From Ascidiella aspersa (taxonomy: Eukaryota): a stretch of 64,000 bases of DNA. Of the stretch, positions 13,501 through 24,440 are shown piece after piece. Where the stretch lies: contig OZ004614.1 in NCBI GenBank assembly GCA_963924565.1, positions 10,664,001 through 10,728,000 on the forward strand, in the 5' to 3' direction. Numbering within the stretch: the stretch's first letter is position 1; each line of letters opens with the position of its first letter. Both the position numbers and the translations under genes were made by a program. The notes under the pieces were generated by a model. That model did not search any database. It saw only the letters and a list, made by a program, of their open reading frames with translations, and had not been told where the DNA came from.

Positions 13501-16500
13501 ACATACCAAGCAATGGCAAATTACGCAAGTTTTTTTGTCTCTTTTTCTCTCACGGAGTGTTTTTTGACACAATACCATAACGACACAGGTCAAATTTAAA
13601 CCATTTGGAATTCATATTTTCGGTTAAGGAGGCCCGCAAAAAGCTTAATCAAAGCGCCGCCCCAGCTGACGAAGAACCTAGTGACGCGAGCATTGACGAT
13701 GACGTAGATGATGACGACATGGAGTACGATTTTGGATCTGAAGTCGCGAAGGCAGCGTCTTCCAAGAGGTTTGTGTCGTAACGTCTGTGCATATTTTTAT
13801 CTTCTGTTGTAGAACTTTAACGCTTCGAATGAATTCGTGATTCGGAAGTGAGTCGAAAAACTCACCCCACAAATTAGTATTTTTTAATAATCATTCAACC
13901 AAAATTATCCATCTTAAAGTGAATTTTTATCCAATGAAGTTTTATTAACCTATTTTACAAAAATAAAAACATGTTTTTAAAGGGACAACTCTCTAATCAT
14001 ACCCAAAAGAACCACAAAGGCTGGAAAGATCTAAAAAAGCATTACGTTATAAATTTATTTCACATGCGCAAAAATAGACTTGTCGCTCATTATTTTTGAT
14101 GATTTGTTTGTCACAGGTTGCCCAACCAGGGATTAGGCAATTCAGTGCAGTCCTAACCGGATGTGTAATTTGAGAATTAGTCTTACAGTGCATTTGCGCC
14201 CTCTTTCTTCTAATCATGATTTTTTTCAGCCCATCTACACTTTCTGTTAACTCTCACTTGCAAGGCAAGAATTCTCCAATTTAAGACCCTTTTTAAACCA
14301 GATGGCTTTAACGTTTACACATAACCTTTGTCCAGCAAGCACGGCCTGAACTTATATCGGATCTAGCGTTCGTATTTTACCAATTTAGTCCAAGGTGAAG
14401 AAAGCTTGCTGTCTTGTTAGTGGTGGCGTTATACCTTATATAGAAAAAACGGTTTTGCTTTTCAGATCCAATCGAAGGCTTTCGTCGCTGTTAAAAGGTG
14501 ACGATTCACTGAAGAGAAAAATATCGTCCAAATCATCTGAGAGTACGCCGCGAAGAAATAAAGCCAGGTCAGTCAAGCGCCAATAGGTGTTGTAAATTGT
14601 AAATATAGTGTTTTCAATATTCGTGGCCAGTGTTTCGTTAATTATTTTACCACATGCGCAGCTAGCAAAAAATGTGCGCCTGGTGAGCCAAAAAAACAAT
14701 AATATTAGATCCACGGTTAGACCTTGAGATATCACTGCTTTGTAGCCATTCAATTTTATAACCGTTAAGAAGCGACGTCTATCATTTCTTTGGCGATATG
14801 GAAACTATATGGGAATCCAACTAACATCCAAATTATATAAAATTTGTCAGACTTACAAAAAATAATTGTTTGGATACTTCTGTTTTGTTAGCTGTCAAAT
14901 ATAATAAAATATAAAATATGCACACACACACCAATCGAACCATTTGAAAACTACGATAAGTGGATCAGCAAAAATAGGTTTATTAAAATCACCTCGTCAA
15001 GGATGTTGAAAGCCGATAATAAGGTTTTGTGGTGTTTTATGACGAGATCATTTTTTTTTTCTACACGAAGATAGAATAAAACTAATTGCGACACTTAATA
15101 ATTCGCAGGTAGCTCGAACAAAACTAATATGGGCACTTTTTTGTACGTACGTAGCTCGCATAAAAGGAATTTCGACCCTTTGTGTTCGTACGTAGCGCGA
15201 ATAAAATAATAAAGCATATTTAGAAACGTCCAGGAAGTAAAAAGGGGGAATTGAAAACATTATATTTCTTTATCCCTAAAAATTATAGTGACCGTGTGAG
15301 CGCCAAGAGTGCCCAAAATGCACAAAATGGATGCCTTACATGGGAACTCTGTTCGTGGCCTAACCCTAAAGGTTTAGCACATTGGATTGCTTTCTCTTTT
15401 GTATATATCTGTTCATATATAGATTGGGTAAAAAGTCTTGGCTTACTAAAAGTTGTTTTGTCGGCCCGCGACTTTTTCAATAGAAAGGGTAGTGCAGTAA
15501 AAAATATTAATCTAAGTCAGATTCTGACACAATTAAGAAGACCAGGGGAACTTCGTGTTATTTTTTAGAGCTTGTTTGTTTGACAAAACCGAAAATATGT
15601 GTGCCTTCGTGTTTCAATGGTTGCCTCGTGAGACTTTAATTGACATTCTTCTTCTTAAAAAGCGTCGGTTTTGCTTTAATGTTTGAGCATCCGCAGTTTC
15701 TGTACTCATTAGACCCCTTGCAGAGCGCAATTTGCCCTTCTTCTTCTCGGAATGTATTGACTTTGCTCCACTGTTCGAACACTCGTGATTTCTGACATAA
15801 TCAACCCTTCAAAAAAACTTTGATCGGCGACTTTCTTCGGGGAAAAAGTGAGGCCCTTTTTACGAATGTCCGGCGTTTCTTATTTGTTCTCTCGATTTCA
15901 GCGCTGCAGTTTCGACCCCTTTCTTCGGCGAAATCGGCAAAGTTGCTTTGCCTTGAAAGGATATGCAATTTTAGTACTCACTTTACCGAACAGGAAAAAC
16001 GTTTACTAACAACCTGGTTCTAGTTTGCAACTGCTCGGCAATGCAGCTAACAAAGATTCTCGTTAAAAAGTGTTGAAAATAATATGCGAGTGGCTGCACA
16101 TAAAAGTTAAGCAACACCCCAAAATATTCCGATATTCTTGAGATGGATAAATTAACGCTGCATTTTTGCGGTGCGAAACTATAGTGCTTGTGTAACCCCG
16201 GAAATCATTCCACTTATTACGCAGATGTTCGCAGACAATATTCAGTAATCCAATTGACTAATTGCTTAGACCAGATTCTTAAACTTATCTTCTCGTAAAC
16301 TTATCAACTTTACTAATTTTTCATCATTTGTTTGTTCGGGACAGAACAGCAAATTCAATACCTGTAGTTTTTTCGTGCTTTAATGCACATGTCAGGAGAT
16401 AATAATAATATATTTGCGAAAGAACAGAATCATTGTGCGACGTTCTTAAAAAATTTCAACGACGCAAGGGCATCGCGAAACAAAGTTAAATAAACTTTCA

Positions 16501-18794
16501 GTTAGACCACCGACATACACATAATCATATACATAATAATAATAATTATGTTTTTGATAAAAAAACTTCATTTCTTAAATTAGCAAAAGCGCTCAACGTG
16601 ATGTCAAAAGTAAGTCAAGCGCCGACGAAATAGACCATGTGGCCACTGCTGGTGATGGGACGAAAGAAGGAAATTCATCTCAAGAACAAACTCCGCCTAC
16701 CGTTGATGCAGTAAGATAAACTTTGGAGCATAGTGGTTGGAGGTTGTAGTAGGACTTAATGAGAATATCAAAGCACATACAGATGTTGAAAATGAATAAA
16801 GAGTTATTCGAAACGTTCAAAATGATACCTATTCTGTTTGGGCCTTGTATTCTTATTACGTAGTAAGATTAATGTTCGATAGACCTTGGTGTTTTGTTGT
16901 ATGCCAATCATTATTTGCGAACGTTTGTAACCTTCAATAAAATGTTAACCGCTTGTATTTTGCTCCCGTGGCATTTCTCCCAATTAAATGAACAGATAAA
17001 TATACACATTTTTTTTTCACTAAAAGCATTGTGTCTTCCGTTTAATATTTATGCATAACAGTTTTTTTACGTCGAGGGCTTCAATACAATTCGGTCTTGG
17101 TTAGTGGTTAATGGTGACATGTCTGTTAACAACATGAAAAAATACCATTTAGCTCGGTGGTTCTCAACCGCCGGTCCACGTCCACTTTCCTGCCGGTCTG
17201 TCAAATATATTACATTCTTAAATTTCAACTACAAAATGCAAGATGTTGAAGGCTTGTCCATCAAATTTAGAAGAAATTCGCCAGCTTCGTTATTTGCAAC
17301 ATTGTGACGTTACATAGAGTTAATGGTATACTTTGGACTTAATCTTACATCACAATGCAAGTGTTGTGCCCAACTGTTTAAAAGTAGGCTACAGCTCGTA
17401 TAAGTCCTAAATTTTAGGACCAGCTGTATGTGAAAAACTTTAATAGAACCACGAATAACACTTATGATATCAAAAAGACAGCAGCAAATTGCTCAATGGA
17501 AGTTTCTATTCTTTGCTTTTAAGTTGCATACCTTTGTCATATTTGGATTTTGGGTTGATTTTGATTTTTGAAGGTTCACCGATCCGCAAAATTTGTTTTG
17601 AAATTTTACCGGTCCGTAAGATAAAAAGGTGGAGAACCACTGATTTAGCTAGAACAGTACGAAATAAATGTTAAGGTTTCGACGACTTTCGACGATAAAA
17701 AGTCCCATAGTCGTCTCTAATTCATCATTCTGTTTTTATTCAGCTCGAAAAAGGAACGTTCGTTGCACTCGCTCCTGGCGCGAAGAAAGAGCGCGAGCGA
17801 CCCCTCGTGGCCAAGGTTGTGGACTTTGACGCAGAAGAAATGGAGGTCACGTGGTATTTGGGCGGCTACTCGACCAAATGGAGCCAAAGCGCGGCAGGTT
17901 AAGAGCGACAAGACTTTTGGCGACCAAGCAAATTTTGGAAACCAGAAACGAATATGTTGAAAATAAAAACCAAACTGAAATAGATCTCACCGAAAAAATC
18001 AAATCGTTTTTTTTTTTTTATATTTCGGACCTAACAACAAGAAAAGGATTAGGAACTTTAAACAAAATTTTAAATATGACGATCCAAGCGTATGTGATTG
18101 CAAACCCAGCAATCTACGGAACACCGGGCTTGAAAAGGGTACAGTTGCACACCTGGGTGTAATATATAAAGAAAAAAAAGCAATCGCTTTAGGCGTTACG
18201 GGTTAAAAACAATGCACTTGAACCGTTGTCGGCACCCTGTTCTAGCTTTTCACTATGCAATTGTCGAAGTGACTTTGGATATAATTGATTTGCTTGTTAT
18301 CGATTTGAACCGTTCAATATCAGGGAATAACCTCTTCCAAACTATATTATTACTTTTTGAAGGCGCTTTCCATTGCATCACATGGTTTTCGTCTTCTAAT
18401 TAAAAACAAATGATTGGTAGTTTAACGCCAATATTTCAATTGCAATATTTGCCAACCTAAATTAGATTTACGATAAAGATTATCCAACTTCTTGAATTTA
18501 TTGCGCTTGGCCATTAGGTAAGTAACAACTTAGACTGAGACTTTACTTGCTGGTTGTATAAAATAACATTAGTAAACGTGATTTTTCAGTAAATTAGCCA
18601 CGCCGCAAAGCTCATCTAAAACCGAATTCAATTGTTGTGCAGGTAAGGAGCTGCGTGCCAGCAAACGCGACAAAATAGCGAGAAGTCGGGTGATTTACGC
18701 CGGGTTTCAACTGACGGGCAAAGGAAAACTTCCTGTGCAAGTCATGAAGGAACTGCGGAAACTGTACGCTCAGATAGACAAAACAAAACGCTGA
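10456..18794 (+). CDS. Multi-exon uncharacterised protein (5' end unresolved): Ser/Lys/acidic disordered region plus C-terminal putative Tudor/SH3-like beta-barrel
   Basis: join(10456-10557,12353-12479,13629-13768,14466-14567,16584-16710,17744-17897,18643-18794). All AG/GT boundaries, phases compatible (2-2-0-2-2-0-1), no internal stops, TGA 18792-18794, AATAAA 18943-18948. Confidence 0.8.
11241..11506 (+). mobile_element. hAT-like MITE; uninterrupted copy of the element at 56235-56704
   Basis: TIRs CAGGGTTTCTTAA / TTAAGAACCACTG; flanks TCCTAAGC/CCCTAAGG. Aligns end to end with the reverse complement of 56235-56704. Confidence 0.85.
12353..12479 (+). CDS. gene 2 exon (RKASSSSESD...RKSKR)
   Basis: tttttgtcag| ... 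CGG|gtaaga, phase 2->0. Confidence 0.8.
13629..13768 (+). CDS. gene 2 exon (EARKKLN...DDDVDDDDMEYDF...SSK)
   Basis: ggttaag| ... AG|gtttgt, phase 0->2. Confidence 0.8.
14466..14567 (+). CDS. gene 2 exon (SNRRLSS...PRRNKA)
   Basis: gcttttcag| ... AG|gtcagt, phase 2->2. Confidence 0.8.
16584..16710 (+). CDS. gene 2 exon (KSAQRDV...PPTVDA)
   Basis: ttaaattag| ... GCA|gtaaga, phase 2->0. Confidence 0.75.
16722..16858. mobile_element. Rearranged copy of hammerhead-bearing short repeat family A (Penelope-like pLTR fragment)
   Basis: 16722-16783 matches the reverse complement of ~56509-56570; 16780-16858 matches 56455-56535 directly. Confidence 0.8.
16784..16819 (+). ncRNA. Minimal type I hammerhead ribozyme-like motif (U3-A8 variant)
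   Basis: tg TTGAAAA t GAATAA agag TTATTC GAAA C GTT ca. Confidence 0.5.
17155..17642. mobile_element. hAT/Charlie-like MITE, 488 bp
   Basis: TIRs CGGTGGTTCTCAACC / GGTGGAGAACCACTG; perfect 8-bp TSD ATTTAGCT. Confidence 0.9.
17744..17897 (+). CDS. gene 2 exon (LEKGTFVAL...VTWYLGGYSTKW...)
   Basis: tttttattcag| ... G|gttaag, phase 0->1. Confidence 0.85.
18643..18794 (+). CDS. gene 2 terminal exon (...VIYAGFQLTGKGKLP...KR*)
   Basis: gttgtgcag|, phase 1, TGA stop, AATAAA ~150 nt downstream. Confidence 0.85.
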
Positions 18795-19897
18795 ACGGGT
18801 GGGGTGCTGCGCTTTTGGCGGTAGTGCGTTACTGTGCTGTCTTTCGTTTTTGTTTTTTGCCTTTCATGCGTTCAGGCGTGCTGTAAATAGTTCTAGTTAT
18901 CGACACTTCGAAAGTTTTGTTCTGACTTGTTTGTTTTATTTCAATAAACCACAAATTGAGTTGCCGCAATTCGCTTAAGAAATTGCACCTTTCATTTTTG
19001 ATTTTGTGCACGGGTCGAATAACTTGTTTTGCTTTTTAAACTCAGAAGCCATTTTTTGCATTACGTTTTTTCAAATCTGTTTCAATTATATAAAATTAGC
19101 TAAATTGTGTTGTTCATTTTTTTCAACACCGAACCTGTTGTTTGTAGAATTATGTCCACTTAGCTTTGAATGTTGTTGTTCTGTTTTGTACTGCATCGTC
19201 AGTTCTCGAATTTTTGTTCCTCGTTGGTTTTGTTTAAGCTTTTGTTGTTGTCATGCCTTTTTTCTGTGTGCGCTATTCACGCCATAAACTCACCCGCTGC
19301 CTCTATAGATTGTGTGTTCAAGTATCTAGTCTAGCAACAATCATTCGTTTATAAGTCATTTTTTCCTTTGCAGGGGCCTCCGTGTTTAATCTAATTTCAA
19401 AGCAAACCGCGCCCAGCTTACAAAACATATTTTTTTTAATTGCCTCAGATTGACTCTTTTGAACTATATTTGTTAATTAAAATGTGAATGGTAGTTAAAA
19501 CTTCGATTGTTGCATTTGCATAAAAAAAAAACAGGGACACTCCCCCTGATGAGAGTTATTATAATAAAATTCGAAAAATCCACACGTTTTTATGACAAAA
19601 CTGTTAGTGGAAATTTCTTCGCCCCGCCAGATCTGGCTGAGTTTGTTTGGCCCGCGACTCGGAAAAGGTTATCCAACCCTGATATATAGACTATGAAGGA
19701 CGGAGGTATTGTGAGTTACCATACAATGGCTATGACAAAGGCATTAAATAATTTCCCGAATAGCACCAAAAATACATTACCTAGGTTGGATTAACATAGA
19801 AGAAAATGCATTATGGAGAGAGTTACCCTATAGCAGGGGTCCCAACCGTTTTCATCCTGTCCAAGGGTGCTTATAAAGCAACACTATAGCTACAGGA

Positions 19898-20335
19898 CGC
19901 CGTAATCGTTGGTCATAAAGCAGCTTCCGAGGGGCTAGATCACGGTTGTTATTATAAACACATATGTGTGTGTGTCTTTCATTGATTGATACGGACTGAT
20001 GATCCCCCAATGTGAAGTTGCTTTTACTAACAGAATGTGCAATTATTGGCGTATGGTTGTTTCTCGACTCGCTCCTCTCTGAACCTGCATAGCTCAGTTG
20101 GTAGAGCGACGGTCCCGGCTTGATCGGAGGTTGTGAGTGCGAACCTCACTGCAGGCCAGTTGTTTTTCTGGCTTGCTCTGCTTCCATCATAGATCGACAG
20201 ATTCGGCTAGTCTGCGATGGGTTTTTGGTGTACTATTGATACGGAAGCCGTAATCGTTGGTTATAAAGCAGCTTCCGAGGGGCTAGATCACAGTTATTAT
20301 TATAAACACATATGTGTGTATGTGTCTTTCATTCA
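19898..20335 (+). mobile_element. Non-autonomous retroelement with ~85-bp direct terminal repeats and internal tRNA-like sequence
   Basis: Direct repeats 19899-19983 and 20247-20333; 13-bp TSD TATAGCTACAGGA at 19885-19897 and 20336-20348. Confidence 0.85.
20083..20157 (+). pseudogene. tRNA-derived cloverleaf (not a canonical tRNA)
   Basis: Acceptor ACCTGCA/TGCAGGC; A-box TAGCTCAGTTGGTAGAGC; stem CGGTC/GATCG with atypical loop CCGGCTT; T-arm GTGAG-TGCGAAC-CTCAC; T5 at 20163-20167. Confidence 0.75.
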
Positions 20336-21357
20336 TATAGCTACAGGAGTATTTCCATAACGCCATGGTATTACGACCAACGAAATATTAAAACAAAGTA
20401 CGCAATAAATCTATGATTGAACTCGTTAAAATAAAACCCAAACGCGTAGAATCAAGGCAGTGTGAAAAATTGAATTTCAACATTTCGCACAACTATGCTA
20501 TCATTCTCCACGGAGGCACTTACGAGAGGTTTACATTTAAATTTTATACAACGCATTAAAAAATCATGCGAATAACGCTAAGTTATGATTTGCGTTTTTA
20601 GCACAATATTGCACAGAACGCAGCCATACACTCAGCCTATGTTTACGTCAGGCCTCCACCAGCTTTGCTACGTATCGCATGTCTTTGCGTCCGATCTATA
20701 TCGTGCGTATTGACAAAAAATGTATTTGCGAAAATGTGAGACTGGCTAAATTTTATCGCCTTTATTCTGTGCGCCAAATGATGTTACTCTTACTTTGAAT
20801 TTAATCACAATTTGAAAATTCAAAATGGCGGTTTCGCCGAGACAAATGATATATAAACCCTAAATGACACAAATCAGTTTAAAAGACACTTGTTTTTACT
20901 TTTCCTTAGATAAAGTGAAAAATAGTGACACCTTAGGTTGAAAAGCTTATCTAACAATTAAGTTATAGATTGTTAGAAAATCGACCTATCGCTGCTGTAC
21001 TTTTTATGCAATTTTAAGCTTTTGCCCTATGCTTAATGTCTGACATTTGAAACCAGTTAAAGTTACTTTCCTTACACTTTAAAGTTTTCTTAATTTTTAA
21101 TTGATTCTGTGGCGAAACAGTGTTTGGCTACGAACTTAGTCTTATGCATTACACTTCTTTAGTTAGGCAAATACCGTCTATAGTTGTGTAGTTAAATGGT
21201 GGTATGTAAAACACGTTACCAATTTGTGTAACGTGTTTTCGAGAACGTGTTGATTTTTGGACTTAAAAATGCGAGCAGGCTAGTGGACGTAATTCTGTCT
21301 GGATTGTTAGTTTTAAAATTAGTATTTCTGCAGGCTGAAATACCGAGAAACTCTATA

Positions 21358-21990
21358 CTTTATTATTATTATTACAATGAAACAACAAAATAGAAAGACG
21401 GACGAGAATAAAAAATAGCACCCATCAAGAAGCGACAGGTTGGGCTAAAGGCCAGCCCACTTAACTCTATGAAATGCGCGATTTTCTGAATAGCACAGAT
21501 AAACCCAGAGTGTTTTACAGACTTGATCATAAAAACAAACATAGAAATCGTCGGTAATATATTCGAATACTTACCACGGTATATAACGAAGCGCGCACAT
21601 ATCAGTAAGCAATTCAACAAATCATTGTCAACACCAGTTTTAACAGGAGAGGTACAGGGTCGTTTTCCAAGGAAATTGAAAGTTTTTAAGAAATCCAAGA
21701 TGTTATTTCTTCCCAATAGCTTTTAGTATGAAGAAAATTATAAAATATGTGCGAAATAGTTTCAGGGGGATTTCGACAGAAAACACATCGGTCGGTGCCA
21801 GTTTTCCCAAAGGAGTGTAATGCTTCGTTTGTTACTATCGCACGTAGGTTAAGTTTGATTAGAAACGAGCGTATAGCTTGGTTTCAATTGATTAATTATA
21901 GACATTATCATACAGTTTTTGCCAAGGAGTTGTATTTGGAGAAAGGCCCAAGTCCCGCTCCTAACTTTTTTGTTGCTCTTCCGGAGCAAC
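21358..21990 (-). mobile_element. Degenerate 3' end of a LINE (ORF2 C-terminal zinc-binding zf-RVT-like region) with (TAA)n tail
   Basis: Minus strand reads IETKL/RSFLIKLNLRAIVTNEALHSFGKTGTDRCVFCRNPPETISHIF, then LLNCLLICARFVIYRGKY...P, with frameshifts. (TAA)n at 21358-21374. 5' boundary approximate. Confidence 0.75.
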
Positions 21991-23873
21991 CGATGCATAC
22001 TGCCTAATTTTATTGTAAAGAGCCTTTGGAGTGTCACACATTTTAAATAGTTCCGTACATTTGTTAACTAGACATACATTATTTTTCGAAATGTCGTAAG
22101 TATGGTCCCATTCGGGTGGAAAGGCAGTGAAACACTTGCTCGCTTGTTGATATGTGCGTTACAATCACCTGACGCAGCTAGCGGTTGTTTGCGAAAGCTA
22201 TAAAACAAAGCTGTATAGAAACTATAGAATCGCTTACTTTGGCTGTATCAGCCGCACGAGTCTTGATCTAAGTCAGAAATTTAGTTTCAGTGCTGGTAAC
22301 AGAAGATATTACGTGTCCAATGTCGGGCTCGTAGAAGCGCTGTGATTTAGTTCAAGGTCATATTAACCACCTATTTTCTGCTGAAGGTGTATGAAAGATA
22401 ATAAAACAAATCTAAATTATCTGAATGAAAAGTAACTAAGCATAAGGAATTTGTCCAGAAACTCGGCTCTGCATAGAACAGAGTAACGCATAATTTCTTG
22501 AAAACGCGGTGTTTAAATTGTTTGTCGACTAAGTTGTAGCTAAGGTCATTTGAAAGATGTTCCGTTTATTTCATAAAGCAACAATTGTGCCCCCTGTCTA
22601 ATGTTAAATTGCGAATTTGTACGTTTTTTTGCTGGAATCTTTCGTTTGTGTCGCCGCGTAACGATATGTTGATTTAAGGTAGCCAATTTATTGTCTTTCC
22701 ATCTGTCTGCTAACGTCCTATTCAAACGAAGCACAAGCGTAGAAACGTGCAAGACCATAAACAGGCTAAAGCGTCAGCAGCGAGGTATTGTTAAAACATA
22801 AATTGTGTAATTGTGACAGTTCTCAAACAAACTAACCTTCGCTTGTTTTCTACTAAGAAATGTGTTTATTTCAGACCAGACAGTCTCGTTTTTATTGCAC
22901 ACAGAATAGAAGCACTTTAAGTCATTAAGTAAACTTTCTAGTGTGCGCTTTATTTGAGTCACAGTTTCGTATAAACACGAAGGTACTGTGTCCGGAAATG
23001 CACCAGAAATTACGAAACGGACAGACTTTTACCAGAACGTCCTCTGGCAAACATTTGGCAATAACGCTGCGCAAATATCTCGCCGTCTCGCTGCCGCAAC
23101 TAAAAGGTGCTTAATAATATCGTCCGATCAAATGAGTATAGGAGGTGGGTGCGTTTTAAGGTAAAGCGGCGTCACGATGAAAAAGGTGGATGTTGTTTAT
23201 TTGGCATTATTCAGTGATCTCAGGTTTAAACAAGGAAACGTAAACGTATGGACAATCATTAGTACAGCACTCGCGGAAAGCGATTCGAGAACCCATGTTT
23301 AGCCTGTTTAATCGTTTTAACAATTCTTGCGACATATGTCTTGTCATATTTATTCAGGCTTATAACGAGATTTGTGTGAATTATTACTGTGTTGTATAAT
23401 ACGTATCCCTCACCAAAATCATCACCAAGTCAAAAGTCTACTTTTCCGAACAGCATGCTGGTGTTTTACTTTTAACCAAGTATATAAGTAAGCTAGCAGA
23501 CCGTTGTAAAAATCGTGGAATTGACAGAGTACAAATTACAGCAACATTGGAGTTTAAGCCTTAAATTTATACAAGCGTTTATATGCTATATTTCTGTAAT
23601 ACTGAGGAATGTAGAGTGAAATACGTAAAACTCAAACAAATATGTTTTATTTACGTATCTTTGTGTCATCTAATCGCTGTAAGGTACAGAATTGCCAATA
23701 TATCTGTAGTTCTATTCTAGGGCTTTGCAGCATACAAAGGTAATTAATAGCTTTAGCGTTAAACCCAAAAGTAAGCAAAATGTAGTCTCGAGTTTAATGC
23801 AGAATATGTCATCTTTAGGCACCGGAATATTATTTATAATGCTACTAAAATGCACTTTCGTAATTAACAGGCA

Positions 23874-23957
23874 TATAGTAAGAAGTATCAAAGCCCATAA
23901 GCAGCATTTTGAACGTTTCGAAAAACTCATTATTTATTTTCAACTTTTTTCAACATC
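23874..23957 (-). mobile_element. Diverged copy of hammerhead-bearing family A, ~80 nt upstream of GPCR ATG
   Basis: atagtaagaagtatcaaagcccata...cattttgaacgtttcgaaaaactcattatttattttcaac aligns to 56381-56456. Confidence 0.7.
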
Positions 23958-24037
23958 ATTTCGTTTTGTGTCGACAATCCTGATTTTCACGAACCGTATT
24001 ACCTCTTTGAAGCTCCCATTTTTTGTCAAAAAGGGCA

Positions 24038-24440
24038 ATGGCAATAAACCAACCCAACTGCGACTGGGTAATCGCCCCTTGGCTGCCGGGCTTTATCGCA
24101 AGTTCAGTCAACAGCAGCGAAACAGAGGCGGAAGACCTGATTCTGGAACATCTGGGAAATTGCCAGGACGCCGTTTTCAGCTATCTTTCCGATACTTACG
24201 TCTACACTCTGATCGCCCTTTACTGCATCATTCTTCCAATTGGATTCTTCGGCAATCTGACCGTGATGTGGCTCATCCTAAGCACTGCCAAACTTCGAAA
24301 GAGCATGAACTTTCTCTTGCTATCGCTGGCAGTGAGCGATTGGATTGCGGCGACCTGTATGCCGTGGACCCTTCATCACAACATCTCGTACGATTACGTG
24401 CTGGGCAAAATGCCTTGTCGAGCCCTGCCGCCCATCCAGG
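24038..24440 (+). CDS. GPCR exon 1 (N-term, TM1-TM3 start)
   Basis: ATG 24038; G|gtgagt, phase 1. Confidence 0.9.

Noticed and set aside
19991-20020. CTGATGA hammerhead core inside the tRNA-containing element
   Set aside because: No helix II followed by GAAA could be found downstream (only GAAG).
20083-20157. Functional tRNA gene (apparent GGC anticodon)
   Set aside because: No U33 or purine 37, T-loop TGC instead of TTC, 1:72 mismatch, and it is embedded in a TSD-flanked element.
22774-22990. Possible GIY-YIG endonuclease relic (YETVTQIKRTLESLLNDLK vs YIGQTKRTL..R..EH)
   Set aside because: The key G, R and EH residues are missing; too weak without a profile search.
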